This document shows positions 1 to 10,738 of a stretch of DNA of 64,000 bases, piece after piece. The position numbers and the translations under genes are program-made. The first letter of the stretch is position 1; each line of letters begins with the position of its first letter. The DNA lies in contig JAUCBJ010009143.1 of the NCBI GenBank assembly GCA_032718475.1, positions 186,001 to 250,000 on the forward strand, read 5' to 3'. The notes under the pieces were generated by a model. The model searched no databases. It saw only the letters and a program-made list of their open reading frames with translations, and had not been told where the DNA came from. Source of the stretch: Nemertoderma westbladi (lineage: Eukaryota > Animalia > Xenacoelomorpha).

Positions 1-3000
1 ATCTTCTACTTCAACTGGGCCACAATATCTCAATATTATTCTACCTTCTACTTCCGCACACTCGAAGCCTCACCACCCGGCCAGCGGCACTCCAGATTAA
101 TTTATATTTTACTTCAACTGGGCCACCAGATCTCCCTATTAATCTACCTTCTACTTCCGCACACTCGAGGCCTTACCACCTGGCCAGCAGCACTCCAGAT
201 TAATTTATATTTTACTTCTACTGGGCCACCAGATCTCCCTATTAATCTATCTTCTACTTCCGCACACTCGAAGCCTCACCACCTGGCCAGCAGCACTCCA
301 GATTAATTTATCTTCTACTTCAACTGGGCCACCAGATCTCCCTATTAATCAACCTTCTACTTCCGCACACTCGAAGCCTCACCACCTGGCCAGCAGCACT
401 CCAGATTAATTTATCTTCTACTTCAACTGGGCCACAATATCTCCCTATTAATCTACCTTCTACTTCCGCACACTCGAGGCCTTACCACCTGGCCAGCAGC
501 ACTCCAGATTAATTTATATTTTACTTCTACTGGGCCACCAGATCTCCCTATTAATCTATCTTCTACTTCCGCACACTCGAAGCCTCACCACCTGGCCAGC
601 AGCACTCCAGATTAATTTATCTTCTACTTCAACTGGGCCACAATATTTCCCTATTAATCTACCTTCTACTTCCGCACACTCGAAGCCTCACCACCTGGCC
701 AGCAGCACTCTAAATTAATTTATCTTCTACTTCAACTGGGCCACCAGATCTCCCTATTAATCTACCTTCTACTTCCGCACACTCGAAGCCTCACCACCTG
801 GCCAGCAGCACTCCAGATTAATTTATCTTCTACTTCAACTGGGCCACCAGATCTCCCGATTAATCCAACTTCTACTTCCGCACCCTCGCAGCCTCACCAC
901 CTGGCCAGCAGCACTCCAGATGAATTTATCTTCTACTTCAACTGGGCCACCAGATCTCCCTATTAATCTACCTTCTACTTCCGCACCCTCGAAGCCTCAC
1001 CACCTGGCCAGCAGCACTCCAGATTAATTTATCTTCTACTTCAACTGGGCCACCAGATCTACCGATTAATCCAACTTCTACTTCCTCACTCTCGAAGCCT
1101 CACCACATGGCCAGGAGCACTCCAGATTAATTTATCTTCTACTTCAACTGGGCCACCAAATCTCCCTATTAATCTACCTTCTACTTCCGCACACTCGAAG
1201 CCTCACCACCCGGCCAGCAGCACTGCAGATTAATTTATCTTCTACTTCAACTGGGCCACCAGATCTCCCTATTAATCTACCTTCTACTTCCGCACACTCG
1301 AGGCCTTACCACCTGGCCAGCAGCACTCCAGATTAATTTATATTTTACTTCTACTGGGCCACCAGATCTCCCTATTAATCTACCTTCTACTTCCGCACAC
1401 TCCAAGCCTCACCACCTGGCCAGCAGCACTCCAGATTAATTTATCTTCTACTTCAACTGGGCCACCAGATCTCCCGATTAATCCAACTTCTACTTCCGCA
1501 CACTCGAAGCCTCACCACCTGGCCAGCAGTACTCCAGATTAATTTATCTTCTACTTCAACTGGGCCACCAGATCTCCCGATTAATCCAACTTCTACTTCC
1601 GCACACTCGAAGCCTCACCACCTGGCCAGCAGCACTCCAGATTAATTTAACTTCTACTTCAACTGGGCCACCAGATCTCCCGATTAATCCAAATTCTACT
1701 TCCGCACACTCGAAGCCTCACCACCTGGCCAGCAGCACTCCAGATTAATTTATCTTCTACTTCAACTGGGCCATCAGATCTCTCTATTAATCTACCTTCT
1801 ACTTCCGCACACTCGAAGCCTCACCACCTGGCCAGCAGCAATCCAGATTAATTTATCTTCTACTTCAACTGGGCCACCAGATCTCCCGATTAATCCAACT
1901 TCTACTTCCGCACACTCGAAGCCTCATCAACTGGGCCAGCAGCACTCCAGATTAATTTATCTTCTACTTCAACTGGGCCACCAGATCTCCCGATTAATCA
2001 AACTTCTACTTCCGCACACTCGAAGCCTCACCACCTGGCCAGCAGCACTCCAGATTAATTTATCTTCTACTTCAACTGGGCCACCAGATCTCCCGATTAA
2101 TCCAACTTCTACTTCCGCACACTCGAAGCCTCATCAACTGGGCCAGCAGCACTCCAGATTAATTTATCTTCTACTTCAACTGGGCCACCAGATCTCCCTA
2201 TTAATCCAACTTCTACTTCCGCACACTCGAAGCCTCATCAACTGGGCCAGCAGCACTCCAGATTAATTTATCTTCTACTTCAACTGGGCCACCAGATGTC
2301 CCGATTAATCCAACTTCTACTTCCGCACACTCGAAGCCTCACCATCTGGCCAGCAGCACTCCAGATTAATTTATCTTCTACTTCAACTGGGCCACCAGAT
2401 CTCCCTATTAATCTACCTTCTACTTCCGCACACTCGAAGCCTCACCACCTGGCCAGCAGCACTCCAGATTAATTTATCTTCTACTTCAACTGGGCTACCA
2501 GATCTCCCTATTAATCTACCTTCTACTTCCGCACACTCGAAGCCTCACCACCTGGCCAGCAGCACTCCAGATTAATTTATCTTCTACTTCAACTGGGCCA
2601 TCAGATCTCTCTATTAATCTACCTTCTACTTCCGCACACTCGAAGCCTCACCACCTGGCCAGCAGCAATCCAGATTAATTTATCTTCTACTTCAACTGGG
2701 CCACCAGATCTCCCGATTAATCCAACTTCTACTTCCGCACACTCGAAGCCTCATCAACTGGGCCAGCAGCACTCCAGATTAATTTATCTTCTACTTCAAC
2801 TGGGCCACCAGATCTCCCGATTAATCAAACTTCTACTTCCGCACACTCGAAGCCTCACCACCTGGCCAGCAGCACTCCAGATTAATTTATCTTCTACTTC
2901 AACTGGGCCACCAGATCTCCCGATTAATCCAACTTCTACTTCCGCACACTCGAAGCCTCATCAACTGGGCCAGCAGCACTCCAGATTAATTTATCTTCTA

Positions 3001-6000
3001 CTTCAACTGGGCCACCAGATCTCCCTATTAATCCAACTTCTACTTCCGCACACTCGAAGCCTCATCAACTGGGCCAGCAGCACTCCAGATTAATTTATCT
3101 TCTACTTCAACTGGGCCACCAGATGTCCCGATTAATCCAACTTCTACTTCCGCACACTCGAAGCCTCACCATCTGGCCAGCAGCACTCCAGATTAATTTA
3201 TCTTCTACTTCAACTGGGCCACCAGATCTCCCTATTAATCTACCTTCTACTTCCGCACACTCGAAGCCTCACCACCTGGCCAGCAGCACTCCAGATTAAT
3301 TTATCTTCTACTTCAACTGGGCTACCAGATCTCCCTATTAATCTACCTTCTACTTCCGCACACTCGAAGCCTCATCAACTGGGTCAGCAGCTCTCCAGAT
3401 TAATTTATCTTCTACTTCAACTGGGCCACCAGATCTCCCTATTAATCTACCTTCTACTTCCGCACACTCGAAGCCTCACCACCTGGCCAGCAGCACTCCA
3501 GATTAATTTATCTTCTACTTCAACTGGGCTACCAGATCTCCCTATTAATCTACCTTCTACTTCCGCACACTCGAAGCCTCATCAACTGGGTCAGCAGCTC
3601 TCCAGATTAATTTATCTTCTACTTCAACTGGGCCACCAGATCTCCCGATTAATCCAACTTCTACTTCCGCACACTCGAAGCCTCATCAACTGGGCCAGCA
3701 GCACTCCAGATTAATTTATCTTCTACTTCAACTGGGCCACCAGATCTCCCTATTAATCCAACTTCTACTTCCGCACACTCGAAGCCTCATCAACTGGGCC
3801 AGCAGCACTCCAGATTAATTTATCTTCTACTTCAACTGGGCCACCAGATGTCCCGATTAATCCAACTTCTACTTCCGCACACTCGAAGCCTCACCATCTG
3901 GCCAGCAGCACTCCAGATTAATTTATCTTCTACTTCAACTGGGCCACCAGATCTCCCTATTAATCCACCTTCTACTTCCGCACACTCGAAGCCTCACCAC
4001 CTGGCCAGCAGCACTCCAGATTAATTTATCTTCTACTTCAACTGGGCCACCAGATCTCCCGATTAATCCAACTTCTACTTCCGCACACTCGAAGCCTCAC
4101 CACCTGGCCAGCAGCACTCCAGATTAATTTATCTTCTACTTCAACTGGGCCACCAGATCTCCCAATTAATCCAACTTCTACTTCCGCACACTCGAAGCCT
4201 CACCACCTGGCCAGCAGCACTCCAGATTAATTTATCTTCTACTTCAACTGGGCCACCAGATCTCCCTATTAATCTACCTTCTACTTCCGCACACTCGAAG
4301 CCTCACCACCTGGCCAGCAGCACTCCAGATTAATTTATCTTCTACTTCAACTGGGCCACCAGATCTCCCTATTAATCTACCTTCTACTTCCGCACACTCG
4401 AAGCCTCACCACCTGGCCAGCAGCACTCCAGATTAATTTATCTTCTACTTCAACTGGGCCACCAGATCTCCCGATTAATCCAACTTCTACTTCCGCACAC
4501 TCGAAGCCTCACCACCTGGCCAGCAGCACTCCAGATTAATTTATCTTCTACTTCAACTGGGCCACCAGATCTCCCTATTAATCCAACTTCTACTTCCGCA
4601 CACTCGAAGCCTCACCACCTGGCCAGCAGCACTCCAGATTAATTTATCTTCTACTTCAACTGGGCCACCAGATCTCCCTATTAATCTACCTTCTACTTCC
4701 GCACACTCGAAGCCTCACCACCTGGCCAGCAGCACTCCAGATTAATTTATCTTCTACTTCAACTGGGCCACCAGATCTCCCTATTAATCTACCTTCTACT
4801 TCCGCACACTCGAAGCCTCACCACCTGGCCAGCAGCACTCCAGATTAATTTATCTTCTACTTCAACTGGGCCACCAGATCTCCCTATTAATCTACCTTCT
4901 ACTTCCGCACACTCGAAGCCTCACCACCTGGCCAGCAGCACTCCAGATTAATTTATCTTCTACTTCAACTGGGCCACCAGATCTCCCTATTAATCTACCT
5001 TCTACTTCCGCACACTCGAAGCCTCACCACCTGGCCAGCAGCACTCCAGATTAATTTATCTTCTACTTCAACTGGGCCACCAGATCTCCCTATTAATCTA
5101 CCTTCTACTTCCGCACACTCAGAAGCCTCACCACCTGGCCAGCAGCACTCCAGATTAATTTATCTTCTACTTCAACTGGGCCACCAGATCTCCCTATTAA
5201 TCTACCTTCTACTTCCGCACACTCGAAGCCTCACCACCTGGCCAGCAGCACTCCAGATTAATTTATCTTCTACTTCAACTGGGCCACAATATCTCAATAT
5301 TATTCTACCTTCTACTTCCGCACACTCGAAGCCTCACCACCCGGCCAGCGGCACTCCAGATTAATTTATATTTTACTTCAACTGGGCCACCAGATCTCCC
5401 TATTAATCTACCTTCTACTTCCGCACACTCGAGGCCTTACCACCTGGCCAGCAGCACTCCAGATTAATTTATATTTTACTTCTACTGGGCCACCAGATCT
5501 CCCTATTAATCTATCTTCTACTTCCGCACACTCGAAGCCTCACCACCTGGCCAGCAGCACTCCAGATTAATTTATCTTCTACTTCAACTGGGCCACCAGA
5601 TCTCCCTATTAATCAACCTTCTACTTCCGCACACTCGAAGCCTCACCACCTGGCCAGCAGCACTCCAGATTAATTTATCTTCTACTTCAACTGGGCCACA
5701 ATATCTCCCTATTAATCTACCTTCTACTTCCGCACACTCGAAGCCTCACCACCTGGCCAGCAGCACTCCAGATTAATTTATCTTCTACTTCAACTGGGCC
5801 ACCAGATCTCCCGATTAATCCAACTTCTACTTCCGCACACTCGAAGCCTCACCACCTGGCCAGCAGCACTCCAGATTAATTTATCTTCTACTTCAACTGG
5901 GCCACCAGATCTCCCTATTAATCTACCTTCTACTTCCGCACACTCGAAGCCTCACCACCTGGCCAGCAGCACTCCAGATTAATTTATCTTCTACTTCAAC

Positions 6001-9000
6001 TGGGCCACCAGATCTCCCTATTAATCTACCTTCTACTTCCGCACACTCGAGGCCTTACCACCTGGCCAGCAGCACTCCAGATTAATTTATATTTTACTTC
6101 TACTGGGCCACCAGATCTCCCTATTAATCTACCTTCTACAAAGCCTCATCAACTGGGCCAGCAGCACTCCAGATTAATTTATCTTCTACTTCAACTGGGC
6201 CACCAGATCTCCCGATTAATCCAACTTCTACTTCCGCACACTCGAAGCCTCACCACCTGGCCAGCAGCACTCCAGATTAATTTATCTTCTACTTCAACTG
6301 GGCCACCAGATCTCCCGATTAATCCAACTTCTACTTCCGCACACTCGAAGCCTCACCACCTGGCCAGCAGCACTCCAGATTAATTTATCTTCTACTTCAA
6401 CTGGGCCACCAGATCTCCCTATTAATCCAACTTCTACTTCCGCACACTCGAAGCCTCACCACCTGGCCAGCAGCACTCCAGATTAATTTATCTTCTACTT
6501 CAACTGGGCCACCAGATCTCCCTATTAATCCAACTTCTACTTCCGCACACTCGAAGCCTCATCAACTGGGCCAGCAGCACTCCAGATTAATTTATCTTCT
6601 ACTTCAACTGGGCCACCAGATCTCCCGATTAATCCAACTTCTACTTCCGCACACTCGAAGCCTCACCACCTGGCCAGCAGCACTCCAGATTAATTTATCT
6701 TCTACTTCAACTGGGCCACCAGATCTCCCTATTAATCTACCTTCTACTTCCGCACACTCGAAGCCTCACCACCTGGCCAGCAGCACTCCAGATTAATTTA
6801 TCTTCTACTTCAACTGGGCCACCAGATCTCCCTATTAATCTACCTTCTACTTCCGCACACTCGAAGCCTCACCACCTGGCCAGCAGCACTCCAGATTAAT
6901 TTATCTTCTACTTCAACTGGGCCACCAGATCTCCCTATTAATCTACCTTCTACTTCCGCACACTCGAAGCCTCACCACCTGGCCAGCAGCACTCCAGATT
7001 AATTTATCTTCTACTTCAACTGGGCCACCAGATCTCCCGATTAATCCAACTTCTACTTCCGCACACTCGAAGCCTCTCCACCTGGCCAGCAGCACTCCAG
7101 ATTAATTTATCTTCTACTTCAACTGGGCCACCAGATCTCCCTATTAATCTACCTTCTACTTCCGCACACTCGAAGCCTCACCACCTGGCCAGCAGCACTC
7201 CAGATTAATTTATCTTCTACTTCAACTGGGCCACCAGATCTCCCGATTAATCCAACTTCTACTTCCGCACACTCGAAGCCTCACCACCTGGCCAGCAGCA
7301 CTCCAGATTAATTTATCTTCTACTTCAACTGGGCCACCAGATCTCCCGATTAATCCAACTTCTACTTCCGCACACTCGAAGCCTCATCAACTGGGCCAGC
7401 AGCACTCCAGATTAATTTATCTTCTACTTCAACTGGGCCACCAGATCTCCCGATTAATCCAACTTCTACTTCCGCACACTCGAAGCCTCACCACCTGGCC
7501 AGCAGCACTCCAGATTAATTTATCTTCTACTTCAACTGGGCCACCAGATCTCCCTATTAATCTACCTTCTACTTCCGCACACTCGAAGCCTCACCACCTG
7601 GCCAGCAGCACTCCAGATTAATTTATCTTCTACTTCAACTGGGCCACCAGATCTCCCGATTAATCCAACTTCTACTTCCGCACACTCAAAGCCTCACCAC
7701 CTGGCCAGCAGCACTCCAGATTAATTTAACTTCTACTTCAACTGGGCAACCAGATCTCCCGATTAATCCAAATTCTACTTCCGCACACTCGAAGCCTCAC
7801 CACCTGGCTATCAGCACTCCAGATTAATTTATCTTCTACTTCAACTGGGCCACCAGATCTCCCGATTAATCCAACTTCTACTTCCGCACACTCGAAGCCT
7901 CACCACCTGGCCAGCAGCACTCCAGATTAATTTATCTTCTACTTCAACTGGGCCACCAGATCTCCCGATTAATCCAACTTCTACTTCCGCACACTCGAAG
8001 CCTCACCACCTGGCCAGCAGCACTCCAGATTAATTTATCTTCTACTTCAACTGGGCCACCAGATCTCCCGATTAATCCAACTTCTACTTCCGCACACTCG
8101 AAGCCTCACCACCTGGCCAGCAGCACTCCAGATTAATTTATCTTCTACTTCAACTGGGCCACCAGATCTCCCTATTAATCTACCTTCTACTTCCGCACAC
8201 TCGAAGCCTCACCACCTGGCCAGCAGCACTCCAGATTAATTTATCTTCTACTTCAACTGGGCCACCAGATCTCCCTATTAATCTACCTTCTACTTCCGCA
8301 CACTCGAAGCCTCACCACCTGGCCAGCAGCACTCCAGATTAATTTATCTTCTACTTCAACTGGGCCACCAGATCTCCCTATTAATCTACCTTCTACTTCC
8401 GCACACTCGAAGCCTCACCACCTGGCCAGCATCACTCCAGATTAATTTATCTTCTACTTCAACTGGGCCACCAGATCTCCCGATTAATCCAACTTCTACT
8501 TCCGCACACTCGAAGCCTCTCCACCTGGCCAGCAGCACTCCAGATTAATTTATCTTCTACTTCAACTGGGCCACCAGATCTCCCTATTAATCTACCTTCT
8601 ACTTCCGCACACTCGAAGCCTCACCACCTGGCCAGCAGCACTCCAGATTAATTTATCTTCTACTTCAACTGGGCCACCAGATCTCCCGATTAATCCAACT
8701 TCTACTTCCGCACACTCGAAGCCTCACCACCTGGCCAGCAGCACTCCAGATTAATTTATCTTCTACTTCAACTGGGCCACCAGATCTCCCGATTAATCCA
8801 ACTTCTACTTCCGCACACTCGAAGCCTCATCAACTGGGCCAGCAGCACTCCAGATTAATTTATCTTCTACTTCAACTGGGCCACCAGATCTCCCGATTAA
8901 TCCAACTTCTACTTCCGCACACTCGAAGCCTCACCACCTGGCCAGCAGCACTCCAGATTAATTTATCTTCTACTTCAACTGGGCCACCAGATCTCCCGAT

Positions 9001-10350
9001 TAATCCAACTTCTACTTCCGCACACTCGAAGCCTCACCACCTGGCCAGCAGCACTCCAGATTAATTTATCTTCTACTTCAACTGGGCCACCAGATCTCCC
9101 GATTAATCCAACTTCTACTTCCGCACACTCGAAGCCTCACCACCTGGCCAGCAGCACTCCAGATTAATTTATCTTCTACTTCAACTGGGCCACCAGATCT
9201 CCCTATTAATCTACCTTCTACTTCCGCACACTCGAAGCCTCACCACCTGGCCAGCAGCACTCCAGATTAATTTATCTTCTACTTCAACTGGGCCACCAGA
9301 TCTCCCGATTAATCCAACTTCTACTTCCGCACACTCAGAAGCCTCACCACCTGGCCAGCAGCACTCCAGATTAATTTATCTTCTACTTCAACTGGGCCAC
9401 CAGATCTCCCGATTAATCCAACTTCTACTTCCGCACACTCGAAGCCTCACCACCTGGCCAGCAGCACTCCAGATTAATTTATCTTCTACTTCAACTGGGC
9501 CACCAGATCTCCCTATTAATCCAACTTCTACTTCCGCACACTCGAAGCCTCATCAACTGGGCCAGCAGCACTCCAGATTAATTTATCTTCTACTTCAACT
9601 GGGCCACCAGATCTCCCGATTAATCCAACTTCTACTTCCGCACACTCGAAGCCTCACCACCTGGCCAGCAGCACTCCAGATTAATTTATCTTCTACTTCA
9701 ACTGGGCCACCAGATCTCCCGATTAATCCAACTTCTACTTCCGCACACTCGAAGCCTCACCACCTGGCCAGCAGCACTCCAGATTAATTTATCTTCTACT
9801 TCAACTGGGCCACCAGATCTCCCTATTAATCCAACTTCTACTTCCGCACACTCGAAGCCTCATCAACTGGGCCAGCAGCACTCCAGATTAATTTATCTTC
9901 TACTTCAACTGGGCCACCAGATCTCCCTATTAATCCAACTTCTACTTCCGCACACTCGAAGCCTCATCCACTGGCCAGCAGCACTCCAGATTAATTTATC
10001 TTCTACTTCAACTGGGCCACCAGATCTCCCGATTAATCCAACTTCTACTTCCGCACACTCGAAGCCTCACCACCTGGCCAGCAGCACTCCAGATTAATTT
10101 ATCTTCTACTTCAACTGGGCCACCAGATCTCCCTATTAATCTACCTTCTACTTCCGCACACTCGAAGCCTCACCACCTGGCCAGCAGTACTCCAGATTAA
10201 TTTATCTTCTACTTCAACTGGGCCACCAGATCTCCCTATTAATCTACTTTCTACTTCCGCACACTCGAAGCCTCACCACCTGGCCAGCAGCACTCCAGAT
10301 TAATTTATCTTCTACTTCAACTGGGCCACCAAATCTCCCTATTAATCTAC
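1..10350 (+). repeat. 103-bp tandem satellite array, segment 1 (~100 monomers)
   Basis: Monomer ATTAATTTATCTTCTACTTCAACTGGGCCACCAGATCTCCCT-ATTAATCTACCTTCTACTTCCGCACACTCGAAGCCTCACCACCTGGCCAGCAGCACTCCAG repeats head-to-tail with few variants; the array runs off the window start. Confidence 0.99.
10346..10350. other. 5-bp target-site duplication TCTAC (partner 15423-15427)
   Basis: Removing the element plus one TCTAC restores the satellite ATTAATCTACCTTCTACTTCC exactly. Confidence 0.95.
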
Positions 10351-10575
10351 TGAAGAATAATGTCTAATTGTTTAACTCAAAGTATAATCTATCGACTATA
10401 TTGGGAAACTGTACCGGTAGGTAGGAAGCCCGGTATGCAATATACAATATAGTACCGGTAGAATTGTTAGGAGGTACGGTACACGGTAACTATTATATAT
10501 GTAAATTAAATTATCCTTTTAAATCTCCCGCCACCTATTAACTCTCAATATTATTATATACTCCAGTATACTCCA
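10351..10575 (-). repeat. 3' LTR (225 bp)
   Basis: Plus strand TGAAGAATAA...AGTATACTCCA; matches 15198-15422 except at 3 positions. Confidence 0.97.
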
Positions 10576-10590
10576 TGCCCCCTCACTTTT
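10576..10590 (-). promoter_or_regulatory. Polypurine tract
   Basis: Minus strand AAAAGTGAGGGGGCA immediately before the TG of the 3' LTR. Confidence 0.8.
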
Positions 10591-10717
10591 GGTTCAATTC
10601 TGGTTAAAGAGTTCACCTAATACAAGCCTTTTGTAAATCCACACAAATATACGATTTAAAACTTTCCAAATATAAACCATGGACACAGTTCAACGTAAAA
10701 GTCTCTCCATTCTCCAT

Positions 10718-10738
10718 CCCCCCCCCCCCCCCCCCCCC
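10718..10738 (-). repeat. G21 homopolymer overlapping the gag-pol stop codon
   Basis: 21 consecutive C on the plus strand; the minus strand reads TAG GGGG...G ATGGAGAATGGAGAG. Confidence 0.9.

Noticed and set aside
6135-6145. Isolated small indels in monomers (about 6139, 5121, 9337, 47417, 49375)
   Set aside because: Sporadic events compatible with ordinary mutation or sequencing error; no pattern.
1-10350. CRISPR-like regular repeats
   Set aside because: There are no unique spacers and no cas genes; the entire unit repeats, in a eukaryotic retroelement context.
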